Origin: Lepidodermella squamata
Lineage: Eukaryota; Animalia; Gastrotricha
Assembly: GCA_047495785.1 (NCBI GenBank)
Contig: JBLDXI010000019.1
Location: 1,302,001-1,366,000, forward strand
Length of the DNA stretch: 64,000 nucleotides
Direction of reading: 5' to 3'
Positions 26,535-37,364 of the stretch are shown piece by piece. The notes under the pieces are model-generated. The model made no database searches. It was not told where the DNA came from and was given only the letters and a program-made list of their open reading frames with translations. The first letter of the stretch is position 1. Each line of letters starts with the position of its first letter. The position numbers and the translations under genes were made by a program.

Positions 26535-28406
26535 TTGAATCGGGTTCGCAAATCTGACATCAACCCATCACTATCGCGACGCGAACGAAAACGCTTGCGA
26601 AGAAAGATGCGGCGAGCCAAGTACCAGAAACAAGTCAAAGAGGCTGGACGAGACCCTCGCAAGCTGTGGCGGGTCATCAGTGACTTCAGGCCAAAGAAGA
26701 AAACTCAGGGATCATTTCAGGGATTGGACAAAGATAAGTCGCTGCTGAAGGCAAATGAGTTCAATTCATTCTTTGCGCAAGCCGGTTTTAAAGTTGCTCA
26801 AGCCCTATCGAAAAGCCTGAACTTCGTGAGACTGCGCACTGGCTACAACAAGTTTGATTTTCGATCGATATCGCGTGCTGAGGTTGAGGCAGCTATTGAC
26901 AAGCTGTCGTACAAATCGACAACTGGGTACGATGGAGTGCCGGAATGCGTCATCAAAATGGCCAAGTCTACTTTAACTCCTTGTTTGCTTAAACTTTTTA
27001 ACTTAGCGATTGCCGAACGAACCTTTATATCGGACTGGAAGGCATCAATTGTAACTCCGCTTCACAAATCCGGCAGCAGATTGGAGACAGCCAATTATCG
27101 GCCGATTTCAATCACGTCACCAGTTGCTCGGACGTTCGAACGGTGTCTGGCGTTTCAGCTTAAAGGTCACTTGGCTAACTTCTGGTCTTCTGCGCAACAC
27201 GGTTTCCGAGAGAAACACTCGACGGACACGTGCGTTGCCGAATTTACCGAAAACTGGCGGCGGTCCATGTACGAAGGCAAGGTTGTGGGCGCTGTCTCAA
27301 TCGATTTGTCAAAGGCCTTTGATACGCTGAATCACGACGCAATCATAGAGTCATTCAAAAGTGCTGGATTATCACCTGATGCCCTTCTATTACTTCGAAA
27401 CTACCTCTCAGATCGCCGTCAAGCAACCAGGATCAATAACGAATTGTCTTCGTTTGAGAGCGTTGGTCTGGGCGTACCTCAGGGGTCCGTTCTCGGACCG
27501 CTAATGTTCACCGTTTATGTGAATGAATTGTCGACGGTTGTAGAGCGATGTGGCTTGAAACAATATGCTGACGATATTACTATTTATTTTGCAAGTAGGA
27601 ATGTGAACGAACTTCGCGCTGTCTTGCAACTTGAGATGAATCGAGTTTGCCACTGGCTTCAAGGCAACTCGTTGGCTGTTAATGGCAAAAAGTCACAGTT
27701 TATGTTGCTGAAGTGCGCTAAGCCTGATGCTCCGAATTTCTCGATCACCATCGGCGACACTGTTGTTAGGCCTGCAAACGTCATGATAACTCTTGGGTTT
27801 ACAATCGACTGCAAGCTCACGTTCAATCGTCACATCAAAGGTGCAAAAAGCAAAGCAAGGAAAGGTTTGTTCGCCCTGAAACTCGCAGCTAAGTTCATCG
27901 ACCGAAAGACAGCAGTAATGATGGCCAACGGTCTCGTGTTCAGTCATCTCAACTACGGCGACTTGACTCTTGGACAAGCTGCGCCGACTACGTTGGATCG
28001 GCTTCAGACAACTCAAGACCGCGCTGTCCGAATTATCTGTGGCGCTCATCCTCTGGCCGACGCAGCGCCTCTTCGTCATCGCCTCGGCTGGGTCGACGTA
28101 AATCAAAAGCACGCTATTCATCTGGCTACCTTTCTATGGAACTGTCTACACCAACAAGCACCCACTGTCATGCAGTCATGGTTCCAGCTGAACGATCCCT
28201 CGAACTATGAAACTCGCCACTTTGAACCGATGTTTAAACCAACGTACTCAAAGGTTCGCGGCATGCTGAGCATGAGCTACCGAGGCCCTGATCTATGGAA
28301 CCAGCTCCCGGTCAATGTCCATCAATCTGAAACAGCTCAGACCTGCAGGGAAGCCACCTACTCGCACTTCTACGAAAAAAATGCTGCAAAATTGAAATTA
28401 AAATGA
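26535..28406 (+). CDS. LINE reverse transcriptase (N-truncated ORF2)
   Basis: NYRPIS, QHGFR, DLSKAFD, GVPQGSVLGP, YADD, LWNQLP. Confidence 0.92.
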   Translation: MNRVRKSDINPSLSRRERKRLRRKMRRAKYQKQVKEAGRDPRKLWRVISDFRPKKKTQGSFQGLDKDKSLLKANEFNSFFAQAGFKVAQALSKSLNFVRLRTGYNKFDFRSISRAEVEAAIDKLSYKSTTGYDGVPECVIKMAKSTLTPCLLKLFNLAIAERTFISDWKASIVTPLHKSGSRLETANYRPISITSPVARTFERCLAFQLKGHLANFWSSAQHGFREKHSTDTCVAEFTENWRRSMYEGKVVGAVSIDLSKAFDTLNHDAIIESFKSAGLSPDALLLLRNYLSDRRQATRINNELSSFESVGLGVPQGSVLGPLMFTVYVNELSTVVERCGLKQYADDITIYFASRNVNELRAVLQLEMNRVCHWLQGNSLAVNGKKSQFMLLKCAKPDAPNFSITIGDTVVRPANVMITLGFTIDCKLTFNRHIKGAKSKARKGLFALKLAAKFIDRKTAVMMANGLVFSHLNYGDLTLGQAAPTTLDRLQTTQDRAVRIICGAHPLADAAPLRHRLGWVDVNQKHAIHLATFLWNCLHQQAPTVMQSWFQLNDPSNYETRHFEPMFKPTYSKVRGMLSMSYRGPDLWNQLPVNVHQSETAQTCREATYSHFYEKNAAKLKLK

Positions 28407-28641
28407 AGCTCTATATATTCTATTTTTATATTTCCTTATCCACGGTAAAAAAAAAAACGGTGAGCTGCCGTTGTTGTAATATTGTTTCGTTTTACTTATC
28501 GTTGACTCAAATTTATGTCATCTCCAATTGTCCTATCCTTTTGTAACTGTCCTGCAATTATCTGTTTCCTTTCAAACTTAACTTTGTCGAGCTGCCCTCT
28601 CTGGGTGTCATAGCTTTGAAATAAATAAATAAATAAATAAA
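26535..28641 (+). mobile_element. 5'-truncated non-LTR retrotransposon (CR1/L2 group)
   Basis: RT ORF, 3' UTR and (AATA)n tail at 28619-28641; no endonuclease domain or ORF1; no TSD found. Confidence 0.9.
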
Positions 28642-28824
28642 TGATACGCTCGAACGACGAAAAAAAATAAAAAATGACTCAACGCAATAGAAAATTAACT
28701 TTTATTTGTAAAATCATTCTTCGATTGATAAAATTAACGATTGATAAAATTAGCACCAGAATCAATGAAATTTGGAAAATATGTTGATTGTCATTGAAAA
28801 ACGAAATTTCGAGATCAGGCAGAA

Positions 28825-31800
28825 TTAACCACGATGCTCGACGTGATCTTTCACATCAAAATCGACAACAAATTCAGGCAAAACCGCTTCAATCTCAAAG
28901 TCCAGATTCGCACCTGGAACGCCGGCACAAATCGGGGAAATCGGGCATAACTGCTCCCCAAGCGACTGAATACAATTCATCACAACCACTCGGTCTGCAA
29001 TTTCTCGCGGCAAACTCTTCAATTTCGCATAGGTCAAACTTAGCCGTGATTTCCAGTCGAGATGAAGCACATAGAGCGAGCTCAACTTTTCGAAATAACG
29101 CGGGTCGTTGTCGTTCAGCGCTTTCAACAGAGCAGTGACTTGCTCCTGTGTCAACCCGCGATCGCCGGCCAACGTGTGGAAATACGCGAAAATATAGCCG
29201 TTAGATGAGCTTGAAACAACAGGCTCAAGCACGCGGACAAAGTACAACAGCACTTGGTTGATGTCGAACTTTTGCAAATCAAGCTGGCGCGCCACCATCA
29301 ACACAACATGCCGGCCTAGCCGATCAGTTCCGACTACTGATAGGAACCCCGACGCAACAAGGGCCGTTAAATCTGTTTTAAGCGATTTATCCATCAGCGG
29401 CGAATTGGCCGTGGAGGAGTTTGAAGATCGAGATTTCGGGGTCGGCGGTGGGGTGCTGCTGCTGCTATTTTTCGGCGGGCTGCCAGCTGCTTGGCTGCTG
29501 CCGCCAAAAACGCCTAGCGCGAGTTTATTTCGAATTTTCTGTAGTCTTGAAATGTCTGAGGGTGGGGCTGAAAAATTGATCATAGCCATGGCTGATCGTT
29601 TCTGCGCTTCAGCGTCTTCATCTTCTGATCCTGATTCTTCGTTCTCAACGTTAGGAACTAACACTTTGATAGGAATGTTGCGGTCTTTGATGAGAGGACC
29701 GCCGAACCCATCATCTGCTGGTATGTTGCAAGACAGGGATAAATTTGCTTCGACGCTATTTCGTGGGAAGTAAACCGGAAGAACTTTTCTGGAAATTGAA
29801 AAAAAAATAAAAAATCTAAGATTAAATTTTGAAATTTTGAAAAACCTGTAAAGATCAACAGTGTCTTCATTCGGACAGGTCAAAACAATCAAATCGACGA
29901 AAGGTTCAGGCGCGAAATGGTCGAAATAACGGCGGAAAGTTCGAAGAACCAGGTGGCAAGCCGCCTCAGCCGGAAAATCGCCCGGACCAGTGAACATTGG
30001 CGGAATGACAATCGTTCGGAATTTCATTTCTCTAAATTTCAAAAATTGAATAACAAATTGAAATATGGTCTATAAATAATAACTGAGGTCTCAGAATTTG
30101 ATTTAAGCGCTATTCTACACCTTTTTTAATTTGCATTTTCAAACCAAATTTGAACGGTCCTGATCAGGAAGGCAATCGGAGCTCGAATCTAATAATACAA
30201 GCAGTGTTCCTCCCGCGGCGTAGCAGCAGTCTGTCGCTGCAATCTCTCCTAAAATCCACCAGTTCTTCAACGGCAGCTCACGCCTCAAGCAATGCAACCA
30301 ACAGGTCGCAGGCTAAAAAGTACAAGAACTACCTCGATGGTAAGGCTGCTAATATCGATGACTCCGATGACGCCTCTGGTTCTCTTTCGCCAAAAGCAAG
30401 TGGATCGAAAAACGGTCTGCATCCAAGTCGACGAAGTCAGCGGCAAAGGCTAAGCGGGCAAAGCCAGGAGACCTGGAGTTTGTGCGCCAAGGCGTGAAGG
30501 TCCTCCATTCTCTGTCATCAGCGAAACTGCACCAAGCGTTCTATGGTGGACAGGCTCTTCATCAAGAAGATCCCAAGGTGACGAAATCTGCCTTCATCGA
30601 CCAGCTCTACGAGAAACATGGATGGGGCAGTACGTGGTGTCACACCATGTACCTAATGTACCAGGCGTTCTGCGACCACAAGAAGTTCGTAAACGTGTCA
30701 TTCCCGTCAAGACGTTTTACAAACTTAAAAATCAGCTTATTGAAGATGCTGTTAAATATCCAGATTTCTACCAAGATACGGTGGGTAGCTCAATTTACTG
30801 AATATTAATCGGGGCTATCGAAGAAATACTCCCAGCTGACGCTGGAGGATCTCACGGTGAGACTGCTACAACATTTCAATGCAGAATTTTTTATCACGAC
30901 GATCCATAGAAAGGCGCCCTCCTTACGATGAAACGTGTTCACGAATCCCGCTGCTCGGCCGGGCAGCCGTTATTTAGGAACGAGCCGCATATGCGCTCTG
31001 GTTTTCCGAAATCCGCAATCGTCAAATGCATTACTATCAAGACGAATTTGGCGTTTCGATTTGGACTCGTCGCGGCCGTGAAAGAGTGCCAAAATACTGC
31101 CGACGGCTTCTCCCGGCAAAAATAAGTCTGTGGCGGTGGTAGTTTCCCCTGTTAGAGGGCTGGTCTATTACGAAATTTCGGAAACAGGAATGACTGCTGA
31201 TCGATTCGCAACGTTTATCAAGCAAACTAGCGAGCGAATTGGGCATCACAACAAAGCTGTCATAACACTGGACAATTTGAGAAGCCATAATCCTGATGCC
31301 GACTTTGGAGCTGTTGGAGCTGCTTCAGTTCAAATTTATCCCACCTTATTCGCCGTTTTTGAACCCTATCGAGAACGTTTTCTCAGCTGTAAAAGCTACA
31401 TAAAATCTGTAAAAGCGCACTAAATTTTTCCGATTATTTGCGAGTTCGACTTTGGAACTTCGATTGCTTACGAGACTGCTGATATCGGAAAAATCACTTA
31501 TTTGTATAATCGATAATTGAAATCGATATCGGCTCTGTAGGCTGAAGTTCGCAAACGAAATGTCTGTAGCTCAAAAAAGCGAAATTGTGGTCCCAATCTC
31601 TCGTTGTGCTAAATTTCAACCTCAAAAAGGAGTCTCAATGCGCTGTTGAGGATGCCTTTTATTTACAATTTCGCTACTCAGAAAATAATAATAAGAAAAT
31701 TGGCAAAAATTGATGCCGAGAACAAATATTGCTACGCTCTTTATTACTTTGTAATCTACTCTCGAAATCTCTCTCTCTCTCTCTCGACTCTCGACTCGTT

Positions 31801-32439
31801 TATCGCTTATTCTTCAATGCTAAAAAGTGAAGATCGAAAGGAAAACTAGAAACTCATAAAATCAAGTTTTTTGGGAAACTTAGTTCTGAAGCCTCAGATT
31901 TAGAGCTGTAAGTCTTAATCAAAAATTGAGTGAAATTACATTGCGGCGTTGAGAATGTTTTTGTAAACAGAATGAAGAGCTGAAAGCGAGGCGGTGTGAA
32001 AGCTGGATGAGTAGAGAGGCGGAACTGCGTGAATCACTCGGCGAGCGAATTGAAGGCCGTACGCGCCTGTAATTCGCACATCACCCGTCGGGCAGTCTCC
32101 CAATCCGTATAGCTCGTCTTGCAATTCGACCCCGGCTAGTTCGAGAAGATTTTTCGGCTCTTGAAACGTTGCCGTCAAATTTTCATCGGTAACGCGGACA
32201 AAAGCGTCGCAAGGAATCTGCAAACCGTCGCTTACACTGATAAATTTTCATATAAATTAAATCATTTATCTGGGCAAAAAAATCTACCTTAATGCAATTG
32301 CGCTATTCCATTTTTCACAAACAGCGAACATTGGCGCCAATTGGCGATTGGCGCTCCCTTCGACCTTCAAGCCATCAGACGAGTGATGGGCAAGATTTTC
32401 GGCGGCTTTCTCTGTATCGCTTTGATGCCATGTAATCAT
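28825..32439 (-). CDS. GDAP2: Ganglioside-induced differentiation-associated protein 2 (macro + CRAL-TRIO), 4 exons
   Basis: Macro domain (CPTGDVRITGAYGL..VIHAVPP..LHSVYKNIL; HLVLRTFRRYF; LPVYFPR) plus CRAL-TRIO (GTDRLGRHVV; YIFAYFHT; LYVLH); 1.9 kb intron 30032-31939. Confidence 0.92.
30083..31897 (+). mobile_element. Decayed Tc1/IS630-like DDE transposon inside GDAP2 intron 2
   Basis: Frameshifted YYQDEFG, VITLDNLRSH, FIPPYSPFLNPIENVF motifs; imperfect TIRs CTGAGGTCTCAGAA / CTGAGGCTTCAGAA (reverse complement). Confidence 0.8.
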
Positions 32440-32501
32440 TTTTAAAAACCTAATAGAACAAGTCGCGAAAATAGGAATAAATTATTTTTTCAAAAATAAT
32501 T

Positions 32502-33509
32502 TCAATTTTTAGGATATTTATAAAACCCTTCGCCGGTTTTTCGGCCCAGTTTGCCCTCGGCAACTAATTTTGTAAGCAAAGGCGAGAGGAGATTTTGTCC
32601 TGAATCGGCATCGAAGCGCCTTATCCATTCATCGATGATCAATTTAGCCGTGTCCAATCCGATCAAGTCGAGAAGTTCAAAAGGCCCAATCAAATAACCA
32701 GCTCCGAGTTTCATAGCTGTGTCAATGTCTTCCTTTGACGCATCCCCTCTTTCATACATTTGAATCGCCTGAAGAAATGTTCACCTTGTAAATGAATTTA
32801 GTTGGATATTCGGAATTACCTGGGTGATGTAAGGAATCAGCAATCGATTCACGATAAAACCAGGAGTATCTTTGCAGTGAACGGGTTTCTTGCCAAGAGC
32901 GGTTACAAAACTTGCCAATGATTGCTTTGTTTCTGGGCTCGTTTCTACCAAACCTACAACCTCAACCAGGGGCATGATAGGAACAGGGCAGAAAAAATGA
33001 AGACCGCCGCATCGTTCCTTTTTCAGTCCTTTCGTGATATCCCCAATCAACAAGGAAGAAGTATTGCTTGCTAGGATGCAATCAGTTTTCACGGTTTTGT
33101 CCAACATTTGAAATAATTCCTGTTTAATATCCATTTTCTCTGGAATGGCCTCAATAACCAGGTCAGCTGAAGAAATCGATTTTTTAGCGTTGCCAACGCC
33201 CTCAATGAATGTCAACTTAGCCAACGCATCATTTACAAATGAATCCGCCTTAACAGTCTCACCTTTGAACTGTTTCTTTGCGCTAGTTTTGAGCCCAACT
33301 TCAATTCCTGACCGGATTGATTTCAGGAGTTCATCATTTCGGTCAACAATAGCAACAGTGTGTCCGGTAGCTGCGGCAGTTTGAGCTATGCCAGCACCCA
33401 TGAATCCTCCTCCAATGACCACAATCCTCGAAATTTTGCTCGAGGAAACAAGTGATCGAGAGAACGGGCCAGCTATTTGCCTCCGAATCAATTTCCGGAA
33501 TAAACTCAT
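32502..33509 (-). CDS. HADH: Short-chain 3-hydroxyacyl-CoA dehydrogenase, divergent paralogue, 2 exons
   Basis: [57 protein letters not shown]. Confidence 0.93.
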
Positions 33510-33658
33510 TTCAGATCAACACTACTAAATTCATTGAAATTAAATTCATGTTTGACAATAAGTTTATTAATTTAGTCACTGGAATCGCAAACGAAGATAA
33601 GACAACCGAAAACGTCAAATCTCGCAGGTATTTGGGTTCACTTTGCACAACCGCTGTG

Positions 33659-34673
33659 TCACTTCTTGTATTTGTAAAATCCTTCGCCGCTCTTTTTGCC
33701 ATATTTCTTCTCGGTCACCAACTTGTTGAGCAGGGGCGAAGTTGCCGATAATACCGGGTCTGATTTGAAGCGCTTAGCCCAGCCGTCAGTGATGAATTTC
33801 GATGTATCGAGTCCAACGTAGTCGAGTAGTTCAAATGGACCCATAGGATATCCGGCGCCCAACTTCATCGCAGTGTCGATATCTTCCTTAGAGGCATCAC
33901 CTCGCTCGTGCATTTGGATCGCCTATCGATTCGATGAATTTAGCTAAATAATTGTGTGAATTGCATTTAATTACCTGGATCATATACGGAATCAACAGGC
34001 GGTTGACAATAAAGCCAGGAGTATCTTTGCATTGAACTGGGACTTTGCCGAGGGCTTTCACAAAATCGTTCAAAGCCATCGTTGTATCAGGGCTGGTCTC
34101 CTTCAGGCTAACGACTTCGACAAGCTTCATCATCGGTACAGGGTTGAAGAAGTGCAGACCACCACATCGGTCTTTCCGCTCCGGAATTTTCGCGAGAATT
34201 TCGGCGATGGGCAGCGATGAAGTATTGCTCACAAGAATCGCTTCTTTCTTAACTGTTTTGTTCAACTCTGCAAACAAAGGCTGTTTCACCTCAAGCTTTT
34301 CGGTGATGGCTTCGATAACCAAATCCGTGGTAGAAATGGCAGATTTAGCGTTGCTCAAGCCTTCGATAAACTGTAATTTCGATAGCACGCCCTTGACCAT
34401 CTTTTCAGCAGCGGCTTTATCTTCGGCGTGCTTTTTCTTAGCAACACGCTGCAGACTCGCTTCAATGCCGGCGCGGCTAGTTTTCAAGATATCACCACTC
34501 TGATCAACAACAGCGACGCCATGGCCGGTGGCAGCTGCTACCTGAGCAATGCCAGCCCCCATGAGGCCTCCTCCAATGACGACGATGTTTGAAATCTTAG
34601 CACTTGACGCTAGCGAGCGACTACATATTCCAGCAACGTTTGATGATGATGATTTCAAGATTGCCGATAGCAT
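33659..34673 (-). CDS. HADH: Short-chain 3-hydroxyacyl-CoA dehydrogenase, 2 exons
   Basis: [48 protein letters not shown]; mitochondrial-type presequence. Confidence 0.96.
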
Positions 34674-35980
34674 TGTTCGTTCTCAATAATAGTCACTATA
34701 AGCAGAGCAAAATGCAGCATAATTATTAGATTCACTCGATTCCAAAGATATTGATTTACAAACAGCTTTAAATTGAAATATAAGTTGCAAGCAAAAGGCT
34801 ATAAACTATGACTCTTCTTCTGGTTCAACAGTCACCTGACCAACTGGCCTTTAACGCCAAACAGATTTGACATTTTACTTGTTATCGGATAGAACTCCCT
34901 TCATCTCTTTCGATGACCATTTCCCGACATCGTCCAAGTTTGGGTTTTCAAAGTATGTTTTCCAATCTATTATCGCTGATGGGCTAGGGGTACAATAATC
35001 TACCGCATCAGAGATTCATAAAAGGTAAATAGGGCAAATTCAGTGATCATTAGGCAGCGAGAGCAGAGTGACAACGCGAGCGGTTTCCACTTTGCAGACT
35101 TTGCTATTCGCGACGATAATAATACTCGATAACGCTGATGAGCACAACCTTTTACCTTTTCCAGCGAAATCTTAAAAACCCACTAAGCTATGATTTAACC
35201 AAATACTGCCAATAGCAATCGCTCTAAACTAAAAATCGCTGAAGCCAACATCAGAAGTCAAAGAAGCAAGAGAGCGCTCCGAACTCAGTGTGTAGAAGCT
35301 GAAAATCTGGTCGCGCGGAACCGGTTTTTTCGCCGGGAAGCTTACATGTAGCGAACGTTTCCTTGGTGATTTCTATTTTTAAAGAAATCCCCTATTTGGC
35401 CTGCAATCAGTAACTCGGAGCCGGCTATTCGACTTGGCGAAAATCAGCTGATTTCGATAAAATCAGCAATCAGCTGATCAGATTTTTAGCATTCTGACAT
35501 GACACATATTTAAAAATAGTATTAAACTTGCTATAATTAATAATAATAAAAGTCTATCGATGTGTGCTGTTTTGCACTTTAGGAAAATAATGGAGGGTTA
35601 GTAGGATGGGTGTTGACTAAGGCGGCGCGCGCGAGGTTTCCACGCCTTGCAAAGTCGCGGTCGGCGACGTTAGCTGTTATAACCGCTAGGACCTTACTCT
35701 TCACATGAATCTTTCAAAACTTTGTCAACATTTTTTGTCTCTAACAATTTCTAACAGTCTCTTCGTGTTTGAAATATGGAGCAAGACAATTTGGTAGTTA
35801 CTTCTTGCTTGTTGCTTGAGTGATTGAGGAACATATCGCTTTTGATCCCCGCGTTGGTCATTGCACCATAGTTTCTTGGCAGCATCCGACATCTGACCGC
35901 AGAACTGGGATGTCTCTTTTGGAAAAGGTAAGAAGATGCATTCGATTCTGGTTCTTATTTGTTTACATTGTCCACTGTGA

Positions 35981-36133
35981 CAACCCAACACCAACCCAAC
36001 TTAGAAAACATAACAATTTCTACTGTTGGAGATAATCTTGGGTAATAGAAAGTATATGTCATCAGCTTACCGAATTTTAAGATAACCTCATGTTGGAATT
36101 TTTTCAATTCAAATTTATTCGATGACTACATAT
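35981..36133 (+). ncRNA. Box H/ACA snoRNA copy 1
   Basis: Hairpin acccaa/ttgggt with pocket CACCAAC/AGA, H box ATAGAA, second hairpin gtcatc/gatgac with pocket GCTTACC/AAAT, terminal ACA. Confidence 0.85.
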
Positions 36134-36247
36134 GTCTCTTTGTCTTTTGTAGCACGAGTCGAGGTTTCTGCCACCCACAGTCAACTGATATCAGGTCGGG
36201 AATCCAGGTGCGTTGAACTTTTTATATATGGAAGATTTTCTTCGTGA

Positions 36248-36389
36248 AGACCCGACACCAACCCTACTCTGAAATGTCAGACTATTTTAGTTGTGGGAGA
36301 AAAGCTTGGGTAATATAATATGCCGTCAGCTTACCGACCTCTTGGCTTTCTTTATGCCTTGAAGTTAAAAGAACTTGCCTGCTACAAAG
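36248..36389 (+). ncRNA. Box H/ACA snoRNA copy 2
   Basis: acccga/ttgggt and cctac/gtggg stems, CACCAAC/AGAA pocket, H box ATATAA 15 nt from the pocket, GCTTACC/AAA pocket, ACA. Confidence 0.85.
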
Positions 36390-36486
36390 TTTATTCATTT
36401 TTCAGGTTGGTGCAAAACAAGCTGTTGTCCGTGTGGGTGTCCATGCTTTTAGAGGTAATTTTTTTCGCTGCATAAGGAAATCTATA

Positions 36487-36630
36487 TTGTCCGACACCAA
36501 CCCTACTCAGAAATGTTAGACTATTTCAGTTGTAGGAGAAAAGTTCGGGCTATATTGAATGATGTCAGCTTACCGACGTCCCGGCTTTTATATAGTGCTG
36601 TGATGTTAAACAAACTTGTCAGCTACATTT
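36487..36630 (+). ncRNA. Box H/ACA snoRNA copy 3
   Basis: gtccga/tcgggc and cctac/gtagg stems (compensatory changes), same pockets, variant H box ATATTG, ACA. Confidence 0.8.
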
Positions 36631-36737
36631 ACCCGTCTTTTTCAGATTTCATTCGGCACTGTTAACGACAAACCTTCCAACGCCATCTGATGCTGGGAAC
36701 GCCTTTCTGATACATTCATTTCTGAACTTAGGTTTTT

Positions 36738-37140
36738 ATGGATCTTTCAAATTTGTCTTCGGGCAAGCTGGAGCCAGGCCAGCGCGAGCAGTTGATGGAG
36801 CAGGTGAAAACGCAAATCGCCGTCGCTAATGCTCAAGAGTTGTTACAGGTTTGCACTTTGCTGAAGTATGCGTCTCGCTCCTCATTTGCGTTGCACGTTA
36901 TTTCGCATGGTAGAAAATGACTGACAAATGCTTTAACAAGTGCATCACGAAGCCCGGCTCCTCTTTCGATAGCTCAGAACAAGTTTGTAGACTTGTTGAT
37001 CATGCTTATTGATGTTAATTTTTTCGGCTTGACAACAGAAATGTATATCCAATTGTATGGATCGGTACATGGATGCTTGGAATATCGTATCGAAAGCTTA
37101 CGCTAGTCGAATTCAACGCGAACGCGGAAAGATGTCCTAG
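36738..37140 (+). CDS. TIMM13: Mitochondrial import chaperone Tim13, 3 exons
   Basis: [16 protein letters not shown]|[28 protein letters not shown], twin CX3C. Confidence 0.96.
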
Positions 37141-37364
37141 TCTACCCGATGATTTCTAGCGGTGCTCAATTGCCTGTTTTGTTTTCTTTCGCGTAAAAGG
37201 GTGCTGGAAAAGACTTATCGAATGCCTTATTTGTATATCTATGAATCTAGTTGAAAATGATTAACCAGTAAATTCCAGCATTTTATTGATTTGACCCAAC
37301 AGTGAAACAAAGTTTCTAATTGCCTTGCTTTTGCAGCTATTTAGAGTAGCTTAATGAATCGATA

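Larger units (their letters stand above)
35776..36700 (+). ncRNA. Spliced snoRNA host transcript (short exons, ~32-codon ORF)
   Basis: GT-AG introns ~35794-35882, 35928-36152, 36208-36405, 36454-36645; the last three each hold a snoRNA; spliced ORF stops in exon 3. Confidence 0.7.

Noticed and set aside
32440-32820. HADH-GDAP2 fusion protein by splicing
   Set aside because: The HADH donor is phase 0, while the acceptor at 32449 needs phase 2 to reach the GDAP2 frame.
35794-35882. Possible small RNA in host intron 1 (hairpin; tcgcttttgatcc resembles 28S sense sequence)
   Set aside because: No convincing C/D or H/ACA boxes.
35981-36630. Repeats read as telomerase RNA (ccaaccctac resembles a template) or as a CRISPR-like array
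   Set aside because: The motif is split between a guide pocket and a stem and varies between copies; H/ACA geometry and rRNA complementarity explain it; eukaryotic context with no cas genes.
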